Assembly (NCBI GenBank): GCA_004524535.1
Contig: SDNY01000024.1
Span: 1 to 37,695, forward strand
Length of the DNA: 37,695 nucleotides
From: Promethearchaeota archaeon
GTDB lineage: Archaea > Asgardarchaeota > Lokiarchaeia > Sigyniarchaeales > SOKP01
Direction: 5' to 3'
Positions 1 to 8,771 of this stretch are shown piece after piece. The translations under genes were made by a program, and so were the position numbers. Under the pieces are notes generated by a model, which did not search any database, was not told the DNA's origin, and saw nothing but the letters and a program-made list of their open reading frames with translations. Position 1 is the first letter of the stretch; the number at the start of each line of letters is the position of its first letter.

Positions 1-248
1 GTAGTCTCTTCAATCCATTGACCAAGTTCATCATCAACTCTACAAAAAGTAACAATTTTATCTAAATCTTGAAGATTACTAAATGAGCATTCGATAATCA
101 GATCCCAACCACCATAGACTGGTGTAGAATATGTAACCATCCAATTTTGACCAGGTTCGGTGGATTTTAAATTTTTCAATTTTTCTACTACTTTCCATTC
201 AGTACCAATGATTTTAAGACGGACTAAAATATATCCTCGATAATAAAT
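1..248 (-). CDS. Small Lrp/AsnC ligand-binding (RAM)-domain-like protein; 3' end runs off the window; probable ATT start
   Basis: Not in the ORF track. Manual translation gives (M)YYRGYILVRLKIIGTEWKVVEKLKNLK...TPVYGGWDLIIECSFSNLQDLDKIVTF..., where the V-Y-G-x-W-D-L-I-I pattern fits the AsnC C-terminal fold. AGGTGT (260-255) lies 6 nt before the ATT at 248-246. Confidence 0.7.
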   Translation of the reverse strand, partial: MYYRGYILVRLKIIGTEWKVVEKLKNLKSTEPGQNWMVTYSTPVYGGWDLIIECSFSNLQDLDKIVTFCRVDDELGQWIEET

Positions 249-410
249 TTTAAAACACCTATTTTTATTATATCTTCTTTTATTATATTTGTGTTTTTTT
301 ATTCATATTTAAAAATTCTTAATAATTTTTTGATAGAAAATATTAATTATATAGTGTTTAAAATTTGGAAAATAATTTCATTAAAATATCTATAAAGATG
401 AGTAACATTC

Positions 411-2174
411 ATGGATGATGAAGAGATAAAAAAGATTCTTTGGATTAGCGGTTTAAAAAATGCCATAGAATTTAATGGAAAGCCTAACAAAAAGGCTATT
501 ATGGGAAAGTTAATGGCACAAAGAAAAGATTTAAGATCTCAAGCCAAAACTGTTATTCCTATCTTAGATCAAATTATTAAGGAGATTTCAAAATTAAGCA
601 TAGAAAAACAAAAAGGGAAATTATTACAATTAGACCCGAAAGCCTTAGAGAAAAAGGAAAAAATTGAAGAAAAAAAAGAGCTTCCTCCATTACCTAATGT
701 AGATAAATATGATAAAGTTATAATGCGTTTAGCTCCTTACCCTAGCGGGGCATTACATATTGGTAATGCAAGAATGATCGTGTTAAATAATGAATATGTT
801 AAAAGACATGGGGGCGAACTAATTCTATTCTATGACGATACTATCGGAAGTCCTAAATCATTAAGAGACAGTCCTAAGGCAAAATATGTACTTCCTGAAG
901 CTTATGATTTAATAAAAGAAGGATTAGAATGGCTTGGTGTTAAATATTCAAAAGTATATTATAAAAGCGATAGGATAGAAATCTTCTACGAATATACAAA
1001 GAAACTAATAAAAGATGATGTAGCATATGTTTGCTTCTGTTCTGCCAAAAAATTTAAAGAAAAATATAAAAATAAAAAAGAAAATTGCCCGCATAGAGAA
1101 CAAACGGTAGAAACTAATTTAAAAGAATGGAATAACATGCTTAATGGGAACTATCATGAACAAGATGCTGTTGTTAGATTAAAAACGGGAATGGATCAAA
1201 AAGATCCCGCATTAAGAGACCAAATTATTATGAGAATATCTGAGGCAGAACATCCAAAAGTTGGAAATAAATATACCGTGTGGCCCATGTTAGAGTTTTC
1301 CTGGGCAATCGATGACCATCTTATCGGAGTCACACACATTTTACGTGGAGCAGATTTAGTAAAGGAAGATTTTATAGAAGACTTTATTTGGGAACATTTT
1401 AAATGGAAAAAAGCGGAATTTCTTCATTATGGCAGAATTAATTTCCCAGACATAAAATTAAGCAAAACCTCAGCGAGAAATAATATCCAAAATGGTATAT
1501 ATAAGGGTTGGGATGATCCCAGAACATGGAGTTTACAATCTCTAAAAAAGCGGGGGATCAATCCTGAAGCTCTAAAAGAAGCATTAATAGACCTTGGCAT
1601 GTCGATGACAGGAATAACATTTTCAGTTAATTGGCTTTATTCAAAAAATAAGGATATAATTGATGAGATTTCAGATAGATATTTTTTCGTTGAAGATCCA
1701 ATTTTAATAGAGATCGATGAGGTCCCATTTGAGGAATATATAGCTGAACCCTTCCTATTACCCTCCAGTCCTGAAAAGGGAAAAAGAATAATTAAAGGAA
1801 AATCTAAGGATAAGCAATTAAAGATTTTTATTGCTTCATCAGATGCAAAGAAGTTAAAAGCGGGGAATATTATTCGTCTAAAAGACTGTGTTAATATTCA
1901 AATCCTCTCTATCGATTTAAAAAATAACAACATCAAAGCTTATTACCACAGCTTAGAATTAAATCGAGAGTATTCCATTATTCATTGGGTTCCCGAAGAT
2001 GAGAAAATAAATGTCCAAATTCTTAAACCGGATGGTACAATTTCTAATGGTTATGGTGAAATAAACTTACTTAAAATTCCAATGAATAAAACTATACAAC
2101 TGGAACGGTACGCATTTGTCAATCCAATCAGATTAGAGAATAAAGAATTATTTTGTTATTATACACACAAATAA
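411..2174 (+). CDS. gltX: Glutamate--tRNA ligase (archaeal-type GluRS)
   Basis: RLAPYPSGALHIGN (HIGH motif), KLSKT (KMSKS equivalent), GWDDPR, DDHLIGVTHILRG, archaeal N-terminal extension, C-terminal IQLERYAF. Confidence 0.97.
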   Translation: MDDEEIKKILWISGLKNAIEFNGKPNKKAIMGKLMAQRKDLRSQAKTVIPILDQIIKEISKLSIEKQKGKLLQLDPKALEKKEKIEEKKELPPLPNVDKYDKVIMRLAPYPSGALHIGNARMIVLNNEYVKRHGGELILFYDDTIGSPKSLRDSPKAKYVLPEAYDLIKEGLEWLGVKYSKVYYKSDRIEIFYEYTKKLIKDDVAYVCFCSAKKFKEKYKNKKENCPHREQTVETNLKEWNNMLNGNYHEQDAVVRLKTGMDQKDPALRDQIIMRISEAEHPKVGNKYTVWPMLEFSWAIDDHLIGVTHILRGADLVKEDFIEDFIWEHFKWKKAEFLHYGRINFPDIKLSKTSARNNIQNGIYKGWDDPRTWSLQSLKKRGINPEALKEALIDLGMSMTGITFSVNWLYSKNKDIIDEISDRYFFVEDPILIEIDEVPFEEYIAEPFLLPSSPEKGKRIIKGKSKDKQLKIFIASSDAKKLKAGNIIRLKDCVNIQILSIDLKNNNIKAYYHSLELNREYSIIHWVPEDEKINVQILKPDGTISNGYGEINLLKIPMNKTIQLERYAFVNPIRLENKELFCYYTHK

Positions 2175-2271
2175 CGGTCTCCACTTTATTTTTTAAACAT
2201 TAAATATTGAATTATTTTATAATTTGAAAAGTAAACATATTTGTATTTTAATTTATTCTTTTAATTTAATA

Positions 2272-3396
2272 ATGACCGATAACGAAGAACAAAAAATTGA
2301 ATGGACATATTGTCCGGCATGTGGAAGTGCGATCCCAAGCATCGAAAGAATAAGATTTTGTATAAAATGTGGTGTAGACTTATATTATATAAAAGAGCAT
2401 AAGACCTTACCTTCACGTCAAGAAGAAAATACATACGCACAGCCTAGAGGATACCCTTCGCCTCCTGCTTATTACAAGCAAGATAAAGTTATGTCTAAAG
2501 ACGCCATTCTTGATAATAAAGACAACTCTCAGGGTCGTTATGATGGCCCATATGGACTCATCACAGATGATAAACTTCTTGATACCAAGGAAAGAAGATT
2601 ATGGAGCGGTTGGGCATCTATATCAATACCTCTTCTTGGTTTTCTTGCAATGCAGGGAGTTCTCTTTGGAATTATTATTTTAATTGTATTTATCGTTATG
2701 GATATAAATGCCATAATCAATATCGTTCTCAATCCCTTTTTTCTAGTTATCATAACTCTAGTAGAATTAGTCCTAATATTATTCCCTATTTGGTGGTCAG
2801 GTAGATATCTACAGAATCCTAATTTAAAAAATCGTTTAACTGTGTTGGGCTTCAGTACAAGAGGTTTTGATCGAAAAGGAATTATGAAAGAAGTAGGAAT
2901 CGGTATAGGATTTGCATTTATTGGATTGTTAGTAGTTATAGGATCTAGTTTACTTATTCAAATTATCCTAGAGTTATTTGGAGTCCGAATAATTCCTCAG
3001 GAGGATCCTTACGTAACTATTACAATATATGACCTCATTACTTTAATTCTTATGATTTTGATGATGATCTTAGTCGTTGGTCCGTGTGAAGAAATTGCAT
3101 TTAGAGGTTTTATGCAACGAGGGCTTTCAAGAGTTCTAAGTAAAAACTGGGGATTTATAATTACCGCATTAATTTTTGCGGGAATTCACCTGATTAACAT
3201 CTTTATTCTCTCAGAGAACCTCGGAGATTTATTTATATCATTTCTTTTAGTATTTCCCCCATATCTCGCCATAAGTCTTATGATTGGAGGGTTATATCGG
3301 TGGCGTGAAGAAAATCTGATTGCAGTATCAATCACGCATGGAGTTTATAATAGTTTAACTCTCATTATTGCTTTTTTATATATGATTTTTTATTAA
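2272..3396 (+). CDS. CPBP/CAAX (Rce1/Abi-like) intramembrane glutamic protease with N-terminal zinc ribbon
   Basis: EEIAFRG, FAGIH and HGVYN motifs plus many TM helices; N-terminal CPACG...FCIKCG. The ATG at 2272 is preferred over the TTG at 2224. Confidence 0.9.
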   Translation: MTDNEEQKIEWTYCPACGSAIPSIERIRFCIKCGVDLYYIKEHKTLPSRQEENTYAQPRGYPSPPAYYKQDKVMSKDAILDNKDNSQGRYDGPYGLITDDKLLDTKERRLWSGWASISIPLLGFLAMQGVLFGIIILIVFIVMDINAIINIVLNPFFLVIITLVELVLILFPIWWSGRYLQNPNLKNRLTVLGFSTRGFDRKGIMKEVGIGIGFAFIGLLVVIGSSLLIQIILELFGVRIIPQEDPYVTITIYDLITLILMILMMILVVGPCEEIAFRGFMQRGLSRVLSKNWGFIITALIFAGIHLINIFILSENLGDLFISFLLVFPPYLAISLMIGGLYRWREENLIAVSITHGVYNSLTLIIAFLYMIFY

Positions 3397-3431
3397 TTAT
3401 ATTTAGACCATAAATAATTTTTTGATTTTTT

Positions 3432-4292
3432 ATGCCAATCCTGGAGATAATTAAATCAATAGCAAAAAATCATGAGGCTATTATTGGAATTTGTTTAGGA
3501 GATTTGGAAGATCATAATAAAAAGGTTTATGAGGCTTCTTTACAGTTTTTAAAAATGTATCAATCCATAATAGTTCTTTTTGGCAATGAAAAGGCAATTC
3601 AGGATATTAAACGTAGCAGTGTTTATGATATCCATAATAAAAGAATCGAATTCACAAAATCTAATGAACCAGAAGAGACTATTTTTAATTCTTTAAATAA
3701 GAACGGGATTCATGCAATCGTGAGAGGCAATATGAGCTCAAGTAAATTTTTAGCTAATTTAAAAAAGAAATTTAATATTTCTGAGATATTTCGATTAGCC
3801 TTAATGGAAACATATGATGGATTTCAGTTCTTTTATGGTCCAGTTGGAATAGATGAATGTAAGAATATTGAAAGTAAAGTATCATTTGTCAATAAAGCTA
3901 TTGAAGAATTAGAAGCGTTAAATATTATTCCTAAAATTAGTATCTTAAGTGGTGGTAGATTAGGAGATCTTGGACGAGATTCCCAAGTAGATAAATCAAT
4001 TAATAATGCTAAGGAAGTAGTTGATCTCCTCAAAAAACAACATCCAACCTTAGAAATAAACCACGATGAAATTCTAATTGAAAATGCTATTTATAATAAA
4101 TCAAATGTTATTATAGCTCCGGAGGGAATCTCTGGAAATCTAATATATCGCACCTTAGTTCATTTGGGGGGTGGTAAGGCTTACGGGGCAATTTATATGG
4201 GGTTAGATAAAGTAATAATAGATACATCCAGAGTAGGAAAACCAACAGAAATATATGGAGCATTAGTTTTAGCCTCTGCTTTAGGACATTAA
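3432..4292 (+). CDS. mtxX: MtxX / methanogenesis marker 4-like protein (phosphotransacetylase-like fold)
   Basis: AIVRG, PVGIDE, LSGGRLGDLGR, ILIENA, APEGISGNLIYRTL, GGG..GA and IDTSR motifs typical of MtxX. Confidence 0.75.
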   Translation: MPILEIIKSIAKNHEAIIGICLGDLEDHNKKVYEASLQFLKMYQSIIVLFGNEKAIQDIKRSSVYDIHNKRIEFTKSNEPEETIFNSLNKNGIHAIVRGNMSSSKFLANLKKKFNISEIFRLALMETYDGFQFFYGPVGIDECKNIESKVSFVNKAIEELEALNIIPKISILSGGRLGDLGRDSQVDKSINNAKEVVDLLKKQHPTLEINHDEILIENAIYNKSNVIIAPEGISGNLIYRTLVHLGGGKAYGAIYMGLDKVIIDTSRVGKPTEIYGALVLASALGH

Positions 4293-4362
4293 ATAACTCT
4301 TATATGAAAAAGATAGGATTCTTTATAAGTTTCCAACTCGATAATACTTTTTTTAATTCAAA

Positions 4363-4496
4363 TGGGAGAGGGGGGATTCGAACCCCCGACCAATACCGGG
4401 CTTTTTTTTTATTAAAAGACCACTCGGCCCCCAGCCGAGTTTTAAGCAATAAGGTGGAAGCCCTTATAGAATCATACCAAGCTAGACCACCCTCCC
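4363..4496 (-). tRNA. tRNA-Pro(GGG) with two non-canonical introns (4441-4470 at 25/26; 4393-4422 at about 43/44); CCA not encoded
   Basis: Removing both 30-nt segments gives a 74-nt cloverleaf: GGGAGGG TG GTCT AGCTTGGTA TGAT A CTCGG CT GGG GG CCGAG TGGTC GGGGG TTCGAAT CCCCC CTCTCCC A. The anticodon is at 4432-4430. Confidence 0.92.
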
Positions 4497-4650
4497 ATAT
4501 GAAGAGAGTTTGAAAGTTATTTAGGGTATTATTAAAAATCTTCGTCAAAATTTATTTTTAACCATCTTAATTTTTAAAACCAATAATTTTAAAATTTTTT
4601 AAAGGCTTAAACACTAAAATTTAAATTAGTGTGAATAGATTAATTATTGT

Positions 4651-5472
4651 ATGAGTGAACGATACAAAAAGGTAAATGTTACTTGTCCTATTTGTAAAAA
4701 ATCTAATAGTCTTGATATTCCAAGTATTGTGTTTTCTCAAAAGAAAATTGGGACCATTAAAATTCAAATACCTAAAGGAGTAGTGTGTCCTGATCATCAA
4801 TTCATAATTTTTTTTGACTCCGAGGGCAATGTTCGAGGTTACGAGAAAATTGACATTAGTATGGCAATGCCCAAGAAGAAAAAGGATGAAACAGAAATTA
4901 TGGAAGAATTAACTCTAAAAAAAATGATTAGCATATTTGGTACCTATGAATTCTATAGTTTAATACACGCAAAAATATTTAATTATCCTGTCTTTATTGT
5001 AATAGGCGAGGATTTTAAATATAGTTCTAATTTCTTAAATAAAATTGGCAATTCAATATTACCAGAGAGATATACGGGCGGGAGAACACTACATTTATAT
5101 AAAGAAAGCGATTATGATAGCATTGAGATTACTACAAAGGATGGATTATTATTAGATGTAAATAAACAGATTTTACAGATTCCGTGGGAACAGAAATTAA
5201 AATTCGAAGAGAATATCGTAAATAAAGCATTAGAAATCATTGATGATCAAGAACAATTATTTGTCTTTCAACAAATTGTCTCAGATTTTTGTAAAGAAGC
5301 TGAATGTGCTTTAGATATCCTTGAAAGCAGAAATGATATTTCCAAAAAAGACTTAATAAAAGAAATATCAAAGAGATTGTTTAAACCAAAAATAAATAGC
5401 TATCGTTTTAATCTAATAGTAGAGTTTATTAACCAGAGATTTTCCCCTAAATTCACAGAAAAGATTAGATAA
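4651..5472 (+). CDS. Hypothetical protein with N-terminal zinc-binding motif (CPIC...CPDHQF...VRGY) and helical C-terminus
   Basis: 273-aa ORF with CxxC plus CxxH ligands; resembles an uncharacterised family I recall from Lokiarchaeia. Confidence 0.75.
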   Translation: MSERYKKVNVTCPICKKSNSLDIPSIVFSQKKIGTIKIQIPKGVVCPDHQFIIFFDSEGNVRGYEKIDISMAMPKKKKDETEIMEELTLKKMISIFGTYEFYSLIHAKIFNYPVFIVIGEDFKYSSNFLNKIGNSILPERYTGGRTLHLYKESDYDSIEITTKDGLLLDVNKQILQIPWEQKLKFEENIVNKALEIIDDQEQLFVFQQIVSDFCKEAECALDILESRNDISKKDLIKEISKRLFKPKINSYRFNLIVEFINQRFSPKFTEKIR

Positions 5473-5533
5473 TCAAAGAAAAATTAAAATTTTCGATATT
5501 ATAACATCTAATATTAAAAAAAAGATGAAATAA

Positions 5534-7351
5534 ATGCTTCAAGGGTATAAAGGAAAACTCTTACATATTGATCTTAGCCAACAAACGCATAAAACTATTC
5601 CTATTTCTGAGGAAATATTAACAAAGTATATCGGAGGGCGCGGTTTAGGGGCAAAACTCTATTGGGATCTTATTCCGTCAGAAACAGATCCTTTGGCTCC
5701 TGAAAATATCTTCATGGTCCTTACTGGTCCATTGGGGGGTACAATGGCACCAGGTTCTGGCAAACATCTAATTGTCACCAAATCTCCAGCAAGCGGAGGT
5801 TGGCTGGAATCTTATTCCAGTGGCAGAATGACTCCAGAGCTGAAATTTGCTGGATATGACGGACTAATAATTACTGGCAAAGCTAAATCTCCAAGTTCAC
5901 TGATTATTAAAGATGATAACGTGGAGTTCTTAGATGCTACTCATCTATGGGGGAAAGGTTCTTTTGAAACAGAAACTTATGTTAGGAAAAACTTCCATCC
6001 GGAATGTGGATGTCTTTCAATTGGTCCTGCTGGAGAGAATATTATCCCATTTGCTTGTGTTGGCAGTGATTTTTTTCGAAAAGCTGGTCGTGGTGGTGCT
6101 GGTGCGGTACTGGGCTCTAAGAACCTTAAATACATTGCCGTTAAAGGGACTGGAGGTATCAATTGTGCTGACATGGAAGGGCTCTATCAACTCATCTTTA
6201 AACATCAAAAGAGATGTAAGCATAAAATTATCACTCCAATGACTTTAAGCATTACTAACACAGCGGGCATGCTTCCTACTCGAAATTTTTCCAAAGGTCA
6301 ATTCAAGAAGGCTATTGGTAAAATCGATAGGGACGCTGTAATCGATGCCACAGTAAGGGATCGAGCATGTTATGCATGCTTCGCAGGATGTGCTAGTATA
6401 ACGCAAGTTAAGGAAGGTATTTTTAAAGGTCTTACGATTGAAGGACCAGAGTATGAGACTCTCGCTATGCAAGGTGCTAATCTAGAAATAGATTATTTAC
6501 CGGCAATTATGAAAGCAAATTATCTCTGCGATGACTTAGGTATGGACACAATATCTGCAGGGGTTGTAATTGGATTTGCTATGGAATGCTACGAACGAGG
6601 CATTTTGACCAAAGAAGATACAGGGGGTTTAGAACTAAAATTCGGCAATTATATGGCTGTAGTTGAATTACTGGAATTGATTGCTCGTAAAAAAGGTTTC
6701 GGTGCTTTATGTGCTAAGGGTGTGAAAGAAATGGCTCGATTACTAGAGCATAATACAGAAGAATTTGCTATACATTGCAAGGGTTTGGAATTTCCAGCCT
6801 ATGATCCCCGTGCAGGTTGGGGATCAACCATAACATATTCAGTGACACCTAGAGGCGCTTGTCATCGTAGGGCTTGGCCGCCCGCAGTAGAAATTGTAAG
6901 TGGTGTAAATCCTTTCATCATTGAAGGAAAAGCGGAACGAGTAAGAGCACTGATGACTGATAGGTGTATAATGCACTCTCTTTTAGTTTGTGACATGCCC
7001 GGAACAAGAATGCGACTCACTGCTAACGATTGGGCTAACTATCTTAATGTTGTAACTGGATCTAATTACTCTGGAAATGACCTAAAGAACCACGCAGAGA
7101 TTGTTGAGACTTTAATCAGACGTATTAATATTCGGGAGGGTTTTAACTATAAAGATGATATCTTGCCCAAACGGATATTAGAAGAAAGTCTTCCCGATGG
7201 TCCACCAGCTGGGAAAATTATTGGAAATGATAATTTTTTGAAAATGAGAACGGAATACTATTTATGCCGGGGATGGGACAGCGAAGGTATGCCAACTCAA
7301 GAAATAATCGATAAATATGAATTCAACACTGAACCAATCATGAGGATTTAA
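5534..7351 (+). CDS. aor: Tungsten-dependent aldehyde:ferredoxin oxidoreductase family protein
   Basis: YIGGRGLG, TKSP, LKFAGYD, GRGGAGAVLGSKNLK, CxxCxxxC, EGPEYET, DDLGMDTIS, RGACH and YY..RGWD..G.P motifs. Confidence 0.93.
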   Translation: MLQGYKGKLLHIDLSQQTHKTIPISEEILTKYIGGRGLGAKLYWDLIPSETDPLAPENIFMVLTGPLGGTMAPGSGKHLIVTKSPASGGWLESYSSGRMTPELKFAGYDGLIITGKAKSPSSLIIKDDNVEFLDATHLWGKGSFETETYVRKNFHPECGCLSIGPAGENIIPFACVGSDFFRKAGRGGAGAVLGSKNLKYIAVKGTGGINCADMEGLYQLIFKHQKRCKHKIITPMTLSITNTAGMLPTRNFSKGQFKKAIGKIDRDAVIDATVRDRACYACFAGCASITQVKEGIFKGLTIEGPEYETLAMQGANLEIDYLPAIMKANYLCDDLGMDTISAGVVIGFAMECYERGILTKEDTGGLELKFGNYMAVVELLELIARKKGFGALCAKGVKEMARLLEHNTEEFAIHCKGLEFPAYDPRAGWGSTITYSVTPRGACHRRAWPPAVEIVSGVNPFIIEGKAERVRALMTDRCIMHSLLVCDMPGTRMRLTANDWANYLNVVTGSNYSGNDLKNHAEIVETLIRRINIREGFNYKDDILPKRILEESLPDGPPAGKIIGNDNFLKMRTEYYLCRGWDSEGMPTQEIIDKYEFNTEPIMRI

Positions 7352-7419
7352 AATATTTTTAAAGCAAAATTAAACATGATATTATAATTTTTATTAAAGG
7401 AGTTTAAAACAAGATAACT

Positions 7420-7998
7420 ATGGGCATTAGAGTATTGACTATTCAATCGGAAAAATGTACAGGATGCCATATGTGTGAATTGGCATGCTCTAGCGTCAAA
7501 GAAGGAGAGTTTATTCCCAGCCGTTCACGCATAAGGGTCGCTACCAATGGATTGGAAGGATGGTCTAGACCAAATGTCTGCTTACAATGTGAAGATGCAA
7601 TGTGTTTGGCTGCATGCCCGACGGGAGCTATTTTCAAGACCAAAACTCAACAAGGGGACCCACTTATTGCCGTGGACCAAAATAAGTGTACTGATTGCGG
7701 TGCTTGCGTTGATGCCTGCCCATTTGGAGCCCTTGATTTTATCAATGGACTGAAAGCGATCAAATGTGATTTATGTGGAGGTTCCCCAAAATGCGTCGAT
7801 TTTTGCTTCTATGGATGTCTTAATTTTATAGAACTTTCAGATGAGGCATATCAAACCCGAACCAAAAAAATTAAAGCCCTTGCACTCAAAGCAAGCAGGG
7901 AAATCAATAATCTCGACCCTTATCAACGTCGGATTGAATTCTTTCTGGAAGCATCTAAATTTACTACGGTCTCAAGCGATAGTAAAGGAAATAAATAA
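7420..7998 (+). CDS. 4Fe-4S polyferredoxin (DmsB/AorA-like electron-transfer subunit)
   Basis: CTGCHMCELAC, CLQCEDAMCLAACP, CTDCGACVDACP, KCDLC...CVDFC; lies directly after aor. Confidence 0.9.
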   Translation: MGIRVLTIQSEKCTGCHMCELACSSVKEGEFIPSRSRIRVATNGLEGWSRPNVCLQCEDAMCLAACPTGAIFKTKTQQGDPLIAVDQNKCTDCGACVDACPFGALDFINGLKAIKCDLCGGSPKCVDFCFYGCLNFIELSDEAYQTRTKKIKALALKASREINNLDPYQRRIEFFLEASKFTTVSSDSKGNK

Positions 7999-8085
7999 AA
8001 AATCTTATCTTTTTTCAGACTAATAATTTTTATATTTTTTAGAGAGTTTTTTATTTTAACAGAAAAAACATTAAAAAACGAGGAG

Positions 8086-8382
8086 ATAAAATTTCGAACA
8101 CGAAAACCATTTCTTATTTTTTGGCCTCAATACTTTGATGCAAAGCGAAGTAGAAGTGATGGAAGACGCCTTCCTACCAAACTTGCAATTGATAAAGTGA
8201 CTCATAAAGAAATCGCAACAGCAGCAAAAAGATTGGGATATCAAGTAGAAATAGAAGGAAATTATAGGTATCCTAAAACGTGGTGGGAAAATCCTGGAAG
8301 GGTTCTCATAAATACAAAAGGAAAGAAAAAATCTAAGGTAATTTTAGAAATAGCAAGAGAAATCAGAAAAATGCGAGGCTAA
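8086..8382 (+). CDS. srp19: Signal recognition particle 19 kDa protein; non-canonical start (ATA 8086 or TTT 8092)
   Basis: The frame upstream of the tracked GTG (8197) encodes RKPFLIFWPQYFDAKRSRSDGRRLP, the conserved SRP19 N-terminus. The C-terminal part has YPKTWWENPGRV...KSKVILEIA. Confidence 0.9.
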   Translation: MKFRTRKPFLIFWPQYFDAKRSRSDGRRLPTKLAIDKVTHKEIATAAKRLGYQVEIEGNYRYPKTWWENPGRVLINTKGKKKSKVILEIAREIRKMRG

Positions 8383-8394
8383 TGATAACTATTC

Positions 8395-8766
8395 ATGCAT
8401 GAATTTGGTTTTGCGATGCAGATATTCAAAGTTGCTGAAGCTACAGCGATTAAATATAATGCCAAAAAGATTTCTGAAGTGTATTTAGAAATCGGGGAGC
8501 TGACATTAATTGTGCCTGAGTTACTTAAGCAATCATTTAAAATGGCTACACATGGCTCAATTGCTGAAGGAGCAGAGTTAATAATTGAGATTCTTCCCGG
8601 AAAAATTAAATGTCGAGAATGTGGTGAGATTTCAACTGTTAGCTTAAGCCAAGAATCCTATCTGACGGGTCTTCAATTGTTTCAATGTCAACATTGTGAA
8701 AGTAAAAATACAGAAATAATTGAAGGTAAAAAAGCAAATGTGAAAAATATTAAGATTCAAGAATAA
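8395..8766 (+). CDS. hypA: Hydrogenase maturation nickel metallochaperone HypA
   Basis: N-terminal MHE, IGEL, CRECG and CQHC zinc motifs, C-terminal EIIEGK. Confidence 0.93.
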   Translation: MHEFGFAMQIFKVAEATAIKYNAKKISEVYLEIGELTLIVPELLKQSFKMATHGSIAEGAELIIEILPGKIKCRECGEISTVSLSQESYLTGLQLFQCQHCESKNTEIIEGKKANVKNIKIQE

Positions 8767-8771
8767 TTTTT

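Noticed and set aside
4300-4548. ORFs 4300..4548 (-) and 4304..4513 (+)
   Set aside because: They overlap the intron-containing tRNA-Pro and have no protein-like features.
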